The notes below the pieces were generated by a model. That model searched no databases, was not told where the DNA came from, and was given only the letters and a program-made list of their open reading frames with translations. Shown here in pieces: positions 48,331-59,933 of a stretch of DNA of 64,000 bases. This DNA comes from Raillietiella orientalis (taxonomy: Eukaryota), in contig JAYWIR010000009.1 in NCBI GenBank assembly GCA_036172245.1, positions 3,348,001-3,412,000 on the forward strand, written 5' to 3'. Within the stretch, counting starts at the first letter, position 1. Every line of letters starts with the position of its first letter. Made by a program: the position numbers and the translations under genes.

Positions 48331-50088
48331 TTACTGTTGTAAACAAAAGGAAACCTCTGGACAAGAACATGCCTTCCGTGGAAGACTATCCTGCAGTGGG
48401 TGCGAGTGAACGGCTCGGGACTGGAGCCTTTCTTTTGAGATCTTAAACCTTCTGATGTACGCACTGCGTAAGGTGCTCACTGTCTCCAAAAAAAACACCA
48501 AAATGGAGATCATGGAAGCAAAGACAGCTATGCACTGGAGCTGCAGTGACTTCAGTGAGTAAAATTGATTCTTGAAATGCATCACTTTCTCCTGGAAAAG
48601 GATTGCGTTCTCTTCTCGTCTTTCGGAAGAGACGTGATAATCGATAAATCCCGACTCGAGCATCTGTGTCAGCACAGGGTCGAAAGCTTCTTTCAGATGC
48701 TTCCGGGTGCTCGTGTAAATGCCCGCCTGTGCTACCAGGAAGGCCCTCTTGGCTAGATAGAAAGACTGGGCACTTTCCACGCTATCCTCCATGAGTCTAA
48801 GCGTTAGCAGGAAAAAGTCTCTTGACACCACTAGCGCAAACCGGTCCTTTTCGGTCTTCATTTTTTGCAATGCGCCCGCAAGGGTCAAGTTTCTATCGCT
48901 CAGTCGATAACCCATGAGACGCAAATGTTCCCTATACCTAGGAGGAACAAACAGAACCTCGAGATTGCCTTTTTTGATATCTCTGATGTCGTCAACAAAT
49001 CGGAAACAATTCTCTTTTAACATGATAGGTGACAAGTATGCTGTAGATAAGGAAGAAATAACAAGGAGGTACCATGCGGAAGCGAGCAATGCAAATTTGT
49101 AGGTTCGCCGCGTCCTCCGCTTTCGATCTTCTTGGCTCGGTGGCGCGAGAAGAAGATGGAATATCCAGAGATGTGGTCTGTTGCTGCGCTTGCCAGGGAG
49201 TCTCGAAGAAGCTCGCAGAGAAATCCACAATAACAAGACAACCCCACCCATCCCCAACCACACGGAGGTGTCGAAACTCTCGATGAAAGAGTAAAGGGAC
49301 ACTTCGCAGGTGTCGTTCCACGTGGGAGCCGTGATGATGTCCACGTACTGGACATACGCAACCTTCAACAGCTGCACTTCGGGACTGAGCAAACGTGCCC
49401 GACGTGCCCAAAGTCCTCCTATAGCAATGTCTGATGCTTTTTGTTGCAGAGGTAATATGCAGAGTTCCCAAGAGTAAATGTCGTACACGTTGGTTTGCAC
49501 GACCACCGTGTAAGTGAAATTGAGCCTTTCGGCTAAGAATTCTATGATTTTCATGTCGATGCCACAGAATTTGCCTTCTTCAGTGATGAAAAAGTAAGGT
49601 TTGAGGAGCAGTGCGCATATGTGGAATTTCTGTCCCTGAAAATTTTGGAATCTTCCCATCGCCGCAGGGCGGGTCAGCGTCTTCGGATCCGATTGAGGTG
49701 GGAGGTCGGCTGTGTTCCCTCGACTGCCAGTCTTGAGCAAGCCGTGCGTCGACCAGAGCGCCTGGTGCCGTTGCGGACGCTGTGCAGATGGCTGGTCCGT
49801 GAGTTCATTGGCGAAGATGGCGTAAAGCGATTTCATCTCTGTGGACTTGGGGAAGCCCTCGAAGTTACATCCTACTGAGCTGAAGTGTTCGAACTCTGGA
49901 AGGACGTCGGTGTTGTTCGCGAACAAACACTTCAGGGACGAGAACACGGTTCTGCTGCTGTTTCTGACAGCTGCAGCGATCTGACGGTAGGTGTGATCGT
50001 GACCCTTCTTGCACACAAGGAATTCACCAACACTGCACAAAAGCACCAAACGCAGGGATGCAACAGGGATGCCCAGTTTCTGATGCAT
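48331..50088 (-). CDS. Intronless divergent ionotropic receptor (585 aa from ATG 50088)
   Basis: Signal-like MHQKLGIPVASLRLVLLCSVG. S1 KPYF..CGIDMKIIEFLAERLNFTY..SDIAIGG, ESFDTSVW, M1/M3 helices, S2 FDPVLTQMLESGFI and M4. Confidence 0.88.
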   Translation of the reverse strand: MHQKLGIPVASLRLVLLCSVGEFLVCKKGHDHTYRQIAAAVRNSSRTVFSSLKCLFANNTDVLPEFEHFSSVGCNFEGFPKSTEMKSLYAIFANELTDQPSAQRPQRHQALWSTHGLLKTGSRGNTADLPPQSDPKTLTRPAAMGRFQNFQGQKFHICALLLKPYFFITEEGKFCGIDMKIIEFLAERLNFTYTVVVQTNVYDIYSWELCILPLQQKASDIAIGGLWARRARLLSPEVQLLKVAYVQYVDIITAPTWNDTCEVSLYSFIESFDTSVWLGMGGVVLLLWISLRASSRLPGKRSNRPHLWIFHLLLAPPSQEDRKRRTRRTYKFALLASAWYLLVISSLSTAYLSPIMLKENCFRFVDDIRDIKKGNLEVLFVPPRYREHLRLMGYRLSDRNLTLAGALQKMKTEKDRFALVVSRDFFLLTLRLMEDSVESAQSFYLAKRAFLVAQAGIYTSTRKHLKEAFDPVLTQMLESGFIDYHVSSERREENAILFQEKVMHFKNQFYSLKSLQLQCIAVFASMISILVFFLETVSTLRSAYIRRFKISKERLQSRAVHSHPLQDSLPRKACSCPEVSFCLQQ

Positions 50089-51029
50089 CGAGGAGATCAC
50101 CGATTCCACTCGTTCGAATCCGCCCCCTGAGCGAGCACCAGGGTGCAGCCTCGTCTTGCGAGGTGTCTTTCCTGAGTATTCAGTGCGCAAGCGCTGCTGG
50201 CACAACTGGCGAGTGCCTCCTGCGCTGCAGGTGCGCGAATCGCAAACGATGGCGCTCAATTATTAACACGAAGGATATGCCTGCGCCTATAAAATATGCA
50301 AACTACGGCCGTTCCTTCTGCGGGAAGTACGTCCGGCGAGTGGCGCTCCCATCGGCGGCGCGACGGCATTCGATGCACGTCCTGATTTACGGCTGCGTTT
50401 CATAATTCAAAAGGCATCATCTTCGGGCGTTCCCAATTACAAATTTCCCTGGGCAGCCTCACAATCCAAGCAACCTTTGAGATTTATTTGGTCAAGGAAT
50501 GAAGGACGTGAATTATTCAGGCTCCGAGACATCGGCACCCACGATCGCTCGCGGGCTGCCGTTCTCGGGCGCGCGCCGAGGGCAGCAGCATCCCCGCGGC
50601 TGGCCTCCGAGAGGCACCCCTCCTTCGAGACGTTCCCGTTTGCTGTCCCTTGCCGGCGTCTCCCTTTTCAGCATCCACCGTCCCCGCCGCGTGCGCCGTA
50701 AGACTCTTCCGCCACCACGTCTTGCTCGCGACGCGGGGCCTTCCGCCGCCGAGGGCGGAGAACAAACTTCCGGAACGATCGATCTCGGATTCTCCGGGGG
50801 TCATCGGGATTTTCCTCAGCCCTCCTCGTGCCCTCCGGAGGAGAACGCGGGACGCGCAGCCGCGCGCGTCATTCGTTCTACGCAGCGTCCCCGCTTTCCT
50901 GTTCCCAGAGTTGCAGCTAGGAAGAAGGGAAACCGAAAGTGAAAGAATCAAGAATGGAATGAGAGGCCGAGGATGGAAGAGAGGTGAACGAATCGGAATT
51001 CGTCCTCCTCTCCTTCCACCTTCTGCGGT

Positions 51030-51263
51030 CTGCTGGAGAAGCCACTTGGGACTGGCATGCAATCTGGCTGTCCCGTCCTTTATCCCAGTCCTGCGTCGCG
51101 CATCCCACTCTCGTGAGACTTCTCTAGGGCATTGGCACAGAGGTAACACTGTGCGTTCACCCCGCCGTACGTGCGGCAGTTGCTGAATGTCCTTAAGATG
51201 TCGGCACACATCTCCTCTTTGCAGGCTGTTGGCTACGCTCACCAGGACCAACAGGTGGATCAT
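51030..51263 (-). pseudogene. Possible truncated 5' fragment of a further IR paralogue
   Basis: MIHLLVLVSVANSLQ signal-like start. VRRGERTVLPLCQC aligns with VRNSSRTVFSSLKC of the neighbouring IR. No S1 domain follows. Confidence 0.25.
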
Positions 51264-51399
51264 GTGCCTCGCTGCCAATGGCAGTGCTTGGTTGCAGGAA
51301 ACCGTCCGAAATAGTAATGCTTGATAGGGAGAAGACCTACGAACCACGCTAGGAACAGGCGCAGCGCTAACTGCACTGCTTTTGCAACTACTCGCTCCG

Positions 51400-52360
51400 A
51401 AAGCTCCTGAAACACCCCATGAAGAGTGCCGTATGCAAGAAAAACCTCCCTTGCCGCAGGGCTGCCTCCCCGAGGGAACATACGGGAAGCAGCCTCCTAG
51501 CTAGATGGTATGGAAAGCTTCTCCAGGAGAAGAGGACTGGGTAATTGGACGACTGTCAAGCTTACAGACGCTGAGATGACGATTGACCCACCTCGAGGAC
51601 TCTTGCGCTGGGCCGGGCTACTGGATATTCCGGAGGAAGACCTCCAGTGGTCACCAGTGCTTTTGGGCAGACGCATCCTCCGTTTGGATTGGCAGGAGTC
51701 TGCGTTGATGCTGCTGCACTGGGACCTCCCATGCAACGCTCGCCGGTCTCACTGGACCCGGGGAGCTGTGGACCCCAACTGTTGCAGGTGCAGAGAACAG
51801 GTATCGCCCCCGCACCTGCTAGCAGACAGCGTTGTCCTCCGGTCCCTGTGGTTGCTTTATGCAACGGCCCTTCGTGCACCGAGAGACAATCCCAGGCACA
51901 TGACAAAGCGCCTCTTCGAGCGCGATGCCCTTTCGCATGCGGCATCCCCAGAGGCTCTTTGCTGCTGCCCACGCGGGACTGTGGAGTCCTGGAGCTAGGC
52001 GAGAGGCTGACGGCGCCATTGGGATGCCATCTGCTTCGCCCTCAGCTCCATGAAGACGGCAGCTAGGTGACCCCACCTGGGACATACTAAGAAGGAACTT
52101 GACGGCATCCTGGAAAGGATGCAGAGGATGCCCTCCAGCGGAATGTGATCTCTTCCCTAACTTCTCCAATTTTTGTATATACTTTTCTTTTAATTTTTTT
52201 TTTTTGTTTGCCCCTTCCCCCTCCGCTGCCGAGGAGGACCTCGCAGGCCGATGTGCTGGTTAGTCGGCAGGTTCCGAGCATTTTCGAGCAATGTAGGGCC
52301 GATGAACCCACGCATGTATGCTTATTTTTTATAATAAACGCCCCGTCGTGACCGGGTGAT
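51400..52360 (+). mobile_element. 5'-truncated L1/Tx1-type 3' end, copy D
   Basis: ORF 51510-51998 encodes LHWDLPCN..DPNCCRCREQVSPPHLL..LW (zf-RVT-like). T-rich 3' UTR; terminal AATAAA+CGCCCCGTCGTGACCGGGTG. Confidence 0.85.
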
Positions 52361-52459
52361 AAAGAACTGTGCCAGGTGCGGCGAGCTGGAATCCCTACCG
52401 CACTTGCTTGTGGATTGCGTTGCTGTCCGGCTCCTCTGGGAACGCTTTGCCGTGACCCT

Positions 52460-52950
52460 AGGAACCCCCTGAGGAACTCCAGGCATGCTTTACAACCCCT
52501 ACTCTTCCTACGCGACGCTCTTCGGTAGGCAGCCTCGTTGGCAGCCCTCTTCTGCTTATGCGGGATTGCGTCGCCATGCAGGGATGCAAGCGGAGGACCG
52601 AGCAACAGGGGTGCCACACCCACTTTGCCGTCTGATTCATAAGGATGGCAACAAGATGGCCCCACCTGGAAACCAAATCCAGCAAGAATTGCCGGCATCC
52701 TCGAAACGACGCGGAGGACCTCCCCAGCAGGACGTCACCCCTTCTCGCACCCCCACCCCTTCCTCCCAAGTTTATTTATTTTAGCTTTGCTTACTCTGCC
52801 GCCGAGGTGGACCTCACCGGTCTGCCTACCAGCAGCCTGGCAGGCTCCCGTTAAACTGCACTCGGCTGGACCAGGTCGGTCCAGCCACAGAGATTGTGAA
52901 AGTGTCTTTTTTATTTGTGGAATAAACGCCCTGTGGCACCCAGGTGATAA
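52460..52950 (+). mobile_element. L1/Tx1-type 3' end, copy E (diverged subfamily)
   Basis: ORF2-end and 3' UTR homology to copies A and F. Terminal AATAAA+CGCCCTGTGGCACCCAGGTG. Confidence 0.75.
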
Positions 52951-53649
52951 TTAGGACGTCGGCAGGGAACGATCTCTAATCAACGTGGCTGCTCAGCCGT
53001 CCCACCACTGAGCAGACATCCGTGGGATGCTTGGCGAGATGGTGGTAATCGAGAGCCAAGTGCTTGACCGCAGGTTCCGGGAACAGCCTGAACCTGATCC
53101 GAGATGCATTTCGGGATCTGCCTCGGGTGGACCGATTCGGTGGCTCCGTTCAGGTTCTTCGATTGACCGGTGGTCCTTTGCGAAGTCTTGAATCCTTGAT
53201 CCCAGGAATGCTTCCGATGGGGATCTCGTCGGCACCCTCCTTGAAGCACGGATGCACTTTCCCTGTTTCGGTATGCTCCCTCCATCCACCTCCTTCGTCC
53301 CTTGAGATCTTCCTGCAGTCTCAACAGTGCTCACGAGTTTGTGCGGTCTCTCGGTGAGGGTTCCAGACAGGCTGCAGAGGCTGAGCAGTGCCGAAGATCA
53401 AGAGGAATTTGAGAGGAATGCTGGAGGAGAGAACGAGAAGCAGGAGGAAGGTCGATTGCCGCCGTTGCTGGCAGCTTTCCGCGTGGGCGAAACAGAGGAA
53501 GAGTCGCAGCTCGCGTCCAGCAGGTGTGGGCGGAGGCCTCGCGCCGAACGAGCGAATGGACCGATCAAGCAGCGCGAATGCTACGATGCGGAAGGATTCG
53601 AGGCATGCCCAGCATCGCGGGGATCGGTCGCGCCAGTAACCAGGCAAAT

Positions 53650-55630
53650 CTGATCATCCTCCAGCGCCCTGGGCAACCTTCCTCCAGCGTCCAGGCGGAG
53701 TAGTGACCTCAGGTCGCACCAGCGTGCGCATTCGCCGGATGTGGAGGGGCAGCTTCTCTCAGGGAGGACAGCTGCAACGCGCAAGGACTCCCTGGGAAAA
53801 GGTCAGCGCTATCCGGCGCCCCCAAGTCCCGCCGGGCTCGATACTAGAGGAGCCTCCGACACGGAAGGGACGCTGCCCTCTGGACGGGCGCATTTCGACG
53901 AAGGCGGAGACCGCGCCGCGTTCCCTCGGTTGCCTTGTTGATCAAGAGACGGCTCGGAGGACGGTTGCAGCACTCCGGGAACGGGAAGCCCAGAGGCCCA
54001 GGTGTGCGCATCCAAGGGAGTCAACGAGGGCGGGGTCATGGGGGAGGAGGGGGTCCGTGCCAGCGAACACGTCGGACCGTGGCCGCAGGGCGCCCATGCG
54101 GTGCGGCCAGAGGGGTCGTCACGCACACGCACCCCGAAAGAAGTCACAATGCCCGAAGCGTCGGCCGAACTTCCGGCTGCGCGAAGACGACACACGTATC
54201 TGTGGTCCGCCCTCTCCCCTCGCGTGCGCTTTTCAGAAGCGGACCCGTCTCTTTCCACGGCAACGCGACGCGCGCCCTGCCCCCATTCCGGGAACTCCGC
54301 CCTCCCGCCTGTCTATTCCCCCCTTTCGCCTCCCGTCGTTGGCGCCACCGCGTCTCCAGCCCTTGCTGCTCGCGTGACGTCACGGGATCGCTCCGACGCG
54401 CCGGCGGCGGCGCTCGCGGGCGTGCAGCCTCCGGGCGTTGCCGAGCGTTGCAAAGTTCGGAAGGATCGTCTGAAATAAGACGCGGGGCACCACGGGCACC
54501 CACGCGGGAGGCCCGCAGGCCGACGTGCCGCCATTGCCTTTCCTCCGGCGCAACCGCACCGAACACGCGCGAGAAGGTCTCTCCCTGTTTATACAAAGGA
54601 GGGGATGAGACGGCACCCGTCTGCCCCCTGCGCCGCCCCGCGGACTTGGCTCTTCCCGAGCGGAGGCGCCTCGCTCGGACCTCCCTGCACTCGCAGAGCC
54701 GCGAGCGGCGCGACCCGAAGGTGCGGAGGAGGCGGTGAGCAGGAAGGGAAACGCCCTGCTCGGTCCATCGCCGGCCCCACTCTGGGACTCCGGCCGTGGC
54801 CCAGAAGGCATCATCGGTGGTGCGGCGGCTGCGGAGGGCCTTCCGACGAGTCCGGTCGAGGATGCCGCGACCCGCGTTGACCTCCGACCTGCACGCTTCT
54901 CGCTCCGGGGCTCACTGGGGAGAGGGACACGCATTTCGGACGATCTGTCTCGAAGAGGAGCATGTTTCTGGCGGGGAGTCCCTCCGAGCGGACCCTGGCT
55001 CCGACCCGGAGCGTCCTCGGGCACGCAGGGGGACACCCCTGCCGGGGGCGAGGTTCCCGCCTGGGGACCTCAAAAGTGGGGCGGGTGCGTGGGCCGGGGC
55101 GCAGGCGCGGGGAGGAGGTCGTCCTGCCCGGGAGGAGCCCGTGGTCGCTGTCGCCTCTTCTTCTCCTCCCATCCGGGTCCGGAGCGTGGCTGATGACCTC
55201 CCTCTCTCGGGGGGTTCGCCCGTCCCGGCGACGGGCGGCCCTCAGGAGCGATGGGAGGATCCGGGAGGAGCGCCTCCTCTGGCACGGCAGACCACTGCCG
55301 CAAGAAACAACCGGTCCCGCCCTGGACAAGGACGTTGTCCCGACACCGAACTGCCACCTTCATGGTCACGGGAGCTTCGGAAACCGTCCCTGACCCCCAG
55401 GGTGCCGTTCTCGATCGCATCTCCCTGGCGACGCTGGGAGCGATTCGCGGCTTCTTCGGGACCCGCCAGTCCGCGGGCCCTCCTTGCAGTCGGCCCTTGC
55501 CTCTTCCTGGTTAGTAACCAAGCCGGTTCTCTCGCAGCCTGTCGCAAGGGGATAGGTGGATGCCCCCTCCAACATGCCGACTTGGGGCGCCGGAGGGGAA
55601 CCGCCACAGCAGCGGGCCATCGCCCACTAG
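53650..55630 (-). mobile_element. Decayed L1/Tx1-type element: AP-endonuclease remnant (about 53650-54350) plus probable ORF1/5' region
   Basis: Minus-strand PLDAHTW, VSEAPLV (SDHxPV) and RWCDLRSLLR. Nucleotide similarity to 37130-37600. Confidence 0.45.
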
Positions 55631-58302
55631 CTTCTCCCGGCTGTTATCGTTTTCTTTCTATGCCGGCTGGGGTCCCTCCCTGTTCCATCTTTCCCCCTTT
55701 TCCTCCCTTCCCTTCCTGTCTCTCTCCCTCGCTTCCGACTTCTCGCTCAAGGAACTCTGGGAGCGGTGCGCGCGCCTAGCCCGCCGCGTTTGGACCCGTC
55801 GCACGGTGGCGCCCTCAGTGTACGACCGCTGCAGGGACAGTACGGTGCTCTCTTGGAAAGGAGGCCAGTGTCGCGTCCGAAAGACTACAGGCTGCCGCGC
55901 CCTCGGCGTTCCAGCGACGCCGCCCCTCATTGCCGACGGGGTCGAGGAAGAGGAACCGGCGCCGGCCGCTCGTCCTCTGCGTACTGGTGATGCTGTGCGC
56001 TGTCCCGTGCCACCCCCTCCGCCCCTGCGCGAGCACGGTCGGAACCGTGAGGCGGGCGGTGTTCCATGCCCTCTCCTCTCACAAGCGGAGGCGCCTGGAC
56101 TGTCTGTCGTTCGCGAGCGCCATAGCCGTCACGCCGGTCGCACCGGAGGGAGGCTGCGACTACCGAAAGCTGGGCGACGTCCACAACGGTGCGTACGGCT
56201 TTCTCGTCCGCGACGAGGCGGCGGCTGGCGTGGATCTCCCGGAGACCGTCGGCGACCCCGTGCCCGTATTCCCTTGGACCGACCTCGGAGTGCCCTCGGA
56301 CGTTGAGAGAGCGCGCGCGCTATCAGGGCAGAAGCTGGACGTCTGCGCGGTCATGTACTCCCCATACGTGTACTTCTCCGAAAGAGGTCTGGACGGCATC
56401 GAATATCAGGTGCTCTCCCTCTTGGCGGGGCGGCTGAAATTCACATACGAGATAAACTTCCTGAACTCGTCCTCCAGCTACGCCCCATGGGACAGCTGCA
56501 TTGGGGACCTCGACAGAGGCAGGTACGACCTCGCCATGGGCGGTTACTACTCGAGATCCCGAAACTACGACAGCACAATGGAGCTCCTGGTCAGTCGCGT
56601 GCTAATCCTCACCAACTACTACTCCTCGGCGTCCTGCTACGTCCTGATCCTGAAATCCTTCGAGGTGGAAACGTGGATCGCATTGTACGGGATGTGCGTC
56701 CTGGTGTGCGCTCTGGGGGTGGCCTCGCTGACCTTGCGGTGTCGGCAGCGGAGATTACGCCTCACCGTCGGCTTGGTGGAGGACGTGGCTTTCGACGTGT
56801 TCAGCGCCGCGGTGCTGCAGGCGGAGAAAGAGAGGCCGTGGTGCCCTTCCTACGGAGTACTCCTGCTCTCCTGGAAGATCTGCATGTTCACCGTGTGCTG
56901 CGCCTTCCAGGCTTCGATCCTCTCCCTTCTGGTGAACAGCTGCGTGGAGACCATCGACACAAAGGAGGAGCTCAACAGCTCCATGCTGAAGCTGGCCTGG
57001 AAACCGTTCTACATCTTCCCGAAGAGCCTGCATCTGAAGAACGAGCTCGAGTTGCGCTTCGCAACCATCGAGGACGCCCTCCAGGAGATGAGGGACCAGG
57101 AGAACAAGTTTGCCGTCCTCACGGACTATGAAAGTCTGCGGTCTGCATCCGCGAGCATCCAGAAACTCCAGAGAGAAGGGCACTTCTACTTCAGCAAGAA
57201 ATTCGTGACAGAGAACTCCATCGTCATCTACCTGAGCAAGATGAGACGCCTCCGGGACCCCATGAACCTCATCATGCTGCGACTTCTCGAGACGGGGGTC
57301 CTGCAGTACCTCATCGTCTTCTTCGGAATGGACACGTCGTTTGTCAGCCATATGGACGTCCCCGAGAAGAGGATCGAGTTCCTCCAGATAAGCAGCGTGT
57401 ATTTCATGTTCTGCTTCTTGATCTTCATCTCCTGCGCGTCGTTCCTGCTCGAGCTGATGCACAGCAGGACCGCCGGAAGTGACCGCAGCGGCGCTGCTCG
57501 AGCACGCGGTCGAGCAGAGTGAGAGCGCGCAAAAGGACGCGCGCGGTGCCCATTTCCCCCGCATCGGATTCTCCGCGGAGGGACGCAGCCACGCATCCCA
57601 CTGGCGTCGCTCGTTAGCTGGTCTCTACCTCGGTGTGGTCAATAAACGCTGGAATTTCTTCTGTCACATCGACCACGTCAACGGCATGCCTTTTGGCAAT
57701 TTTTGCCCTCATCCTCGTTCAGGCGAACTGGAAAGCGTCCAGAGATCGAAGGTGGTCCCGCATCACCTTGGAAGCTGATGCTTCTCTCCTCTCTTTTCTT
57801 CTCTTCTCTCCTCTTCTCTTCCTCACTCGGCGGTGGTGTCCATCGAATGTCCCACCTTCTCGGGAATAGGATGGCTCCCGCTGCATCCTCGTGACGCCAA
57901 CCGGACCGGGTCTAGCGGCTCCGGGTTCCACGACTCTCTCCGTGTTCTCCAGCGAGATCCCAGATCTCCGCCGCAAGGGAAACGCTGCTGCCTCCTACCT
58001 TCACGGTTCAGATGCGCTGGCGGATGGTGGCTCCATGTGGCGGTGGTGTTGCATCTTCCGGGATAGGCAGGGCGAGGACACGATGACGGCGATGGCGATC
58101 GCCCGGTAGGTTCCGCACACCACGCCACCCTCCGGCGGCGACTGGACGGATGGATTTGCAGTCCTGTGTGAGCTGCAGAGTGGCTTCAGCAGTCCCCTGA
58201 GCATCGGAAAGGGGAGAGTCCTGGAGCGGGAAAATGTTGGAGAACCCTGAGGAGCGACGGCGATGGTGCAGTGCAAGTCAGCCAGCCAGCATGTATGCTA
58301 AC
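55631..58302 (+). repeat. Direct segmental duplication, copy 2
   Basis: Near-identical to 43701-46372. Confidence 0.97.
55930..57522 (+). CDS. Intronless divergent ionotropic receptor, copy 2; first in-frame ATG at 55990
   Basis: Same architecture as 44000-45592, with 19 amino-acid differences by my count. Confidence 0.88.
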   Translation: MPTGSRKRNRRRPLVLCVLVMLCAVPCHPLRPCASTVGTVRRAVFHALSSHKRRRLDCLSFASAIAVTPVAPEGGCDYRKLGDVHNGAYGFLVRDEAAAGVDLPETVGDPVPVFPWTDLGVPSDVERARALSGQKLDVCAVMYSPYVYFSERGLDGIEYQVLSLLAGRLKFTYEINFLNSSSSYAPWDSCIGDLDRGRYDLAMGGYYSRSRNYDSTMELLVSRVLILTNYYSSASCYVLILKSFEVETWIALYGMCVLVCALGVASLTLRCRQRRLRLTVGLVEDVAFDVFSAAVLQAEKERPWCPSYGVLLLSWKICMFTVCCAFQASILSLLVNSCVETIDTKEELNSSMLKLAWKPFYIFPKSLHLKNELELRFATIEDALQEMRDQENKFAVLTDYESLRSASASIQKLQREGHFYFSKKFVTENSIVIYLSKMRRLRDPMNLIMLRLLETGVLQYLIVFFGMDTSFVSHMDVPEKRIEFLQISSVYFMFCFLIFISCASFLLELMHSRTAGSDRSGAARARGRAE

Positions 58303-59378
58303 TGTTGTACTGGGATCACTTCTGTACGTGGAACCTCCATTTGCATCATGAGGAATCATAGCTTTTTGAATCATAGCTTTCGCTAGTGAGAACGAGGGCG
58401 TGCAAGGAGAGGAGCTCCTTTTGATGATGATTCGGAGTCGAAGCGAATACGTATGTATAAGAGAATTCACCGTCAGCAATGTGCTGCTGCTGATGGTTGC
58501 TATGACGTTGTGAGGACGATCCAAGCAATTGGGAGATGCCTGTCTACAGAAACGGCTGATGCCTTCGTGGTTGCACATTTTTTGGAAGACCCCTTTGGAT
58601 TCTGACAGGACTTGTTTCTCCCGGTTTGTTTGAGAGCCCCAGCCGAGACTTGCTCCTTGAAGAAATGAAAGCTAATTTAAAATGGGCCTTCGACTACTTC
58701 ACGCGATCACGAGAAGGAGAGTCAGCAAAGCTGTCTCAACACTTTTGAGGGGTGAAAGGGGAACGAACACTACATGTGAGGAATTCACATTTATCGCTCA
58801 TGCCACACCGAGAAGTCATAGTTGGATGGTTTTTTTCTTCCTTTCCTGCATTAATGGCGTTCTATAATTTAACAACGGAGATCAGTGAGAAATTTGATCG
58901 ACAAGGAATTGTATGCAAATTTGAGTACTATTTGTATCTGTCGCTGAAGGCTTGCAAATGGTATTCATTGCGATAATGAATTCTATTGATTTCAAGAAGA
59001 CGATGCCATTGGGTTTTGTTTGTAGAATTCGAAAAACATCACGTGCGAAAGCAATGTATTTAAAAATAGGCGCGAGGTCAGATAGATTTTCCCTTGACGT
59101 TCCCTTTTTCACACAAGCGGCGGGAAATTAATATGTACTTATTGGAATTCTGCACGAATTTGCGCCGCTGAGCAGAACTTCCTGATTTCGGACCGAAGAT
59201 GCAGCCGTCAAGATATTTTTAAGAATAGAGAAAAATAAAAAGGAAAAAGAAAATTGGAAAAAAAGGAGAAGCGGGTTCAAGAAGTCATTTGTAATTTCAG
59301 GTCCTTTGTGATTGCAATTTTTTTTTTTTTCTTTCTTCCAACTGTTTTGGGCATGGCTGCGCCGTCATGATAGGAGTG

Positions 59379-59399
59379 GTTGCCATGGTTACCGGTAAC
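59379..59399. promoter_or_regulatory. RFX X-box upstream of DNAL1
   Basis: GTTGCCATGGTTAC (59379-59392) resembles GTTRCCATGGYAAC and overlaps the palindrome GTTACCGGTAAC (59388-59399). It lies about 540 nt upstream of a ciliary gene ATG. Confidence 0.65.
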
Positions 59400-59933
59400 G
59401 AGTCCGCGAAAATGCGGCGAGGCCGCAGTGAAGTTGACATATGAGTTCAGAGAAAGGATGGTGATAATTATAGAATAGAAATTCGCGGTTTTCCTTGTGA
59501 GCTGCTTTTCACAAACGGTTGGGTTCGAGAAACGAATTTCCGTTCCTTCCCGCAGATCGTCTTCTTCCCCTGCCGTGCTCCTCCCTCGGTCCCGTCTCGT
59601 TCGGGATGCTCGAAAAGATAACGCGATGCAGCCGGCCGCCGGTACGAAATCTCCGTGAAACCCTTCTTCCTCGAGAAACCCCGGAAAACCATCCGATCGA
59701 GCCTTAAGGCAAAGCAAAATTAGCCGATATTTCGAAGAAGCATTCTCGGAGCACTTGCGGCGCTCTTGGGAAATTAATCTTTTTGGGCAGGTCGACACCG
59801 CGTTTTCGAAAATCACTTTGCAATAGTTAATCGTTTATTCGTGTGGAACTGAACCACCAACAGCAGCATTTAACAGCTCGGCAAAGAGGACATGGAAATT
59901 CGGAGATCGTTATAGCAGATTTCCCATCGCTGC

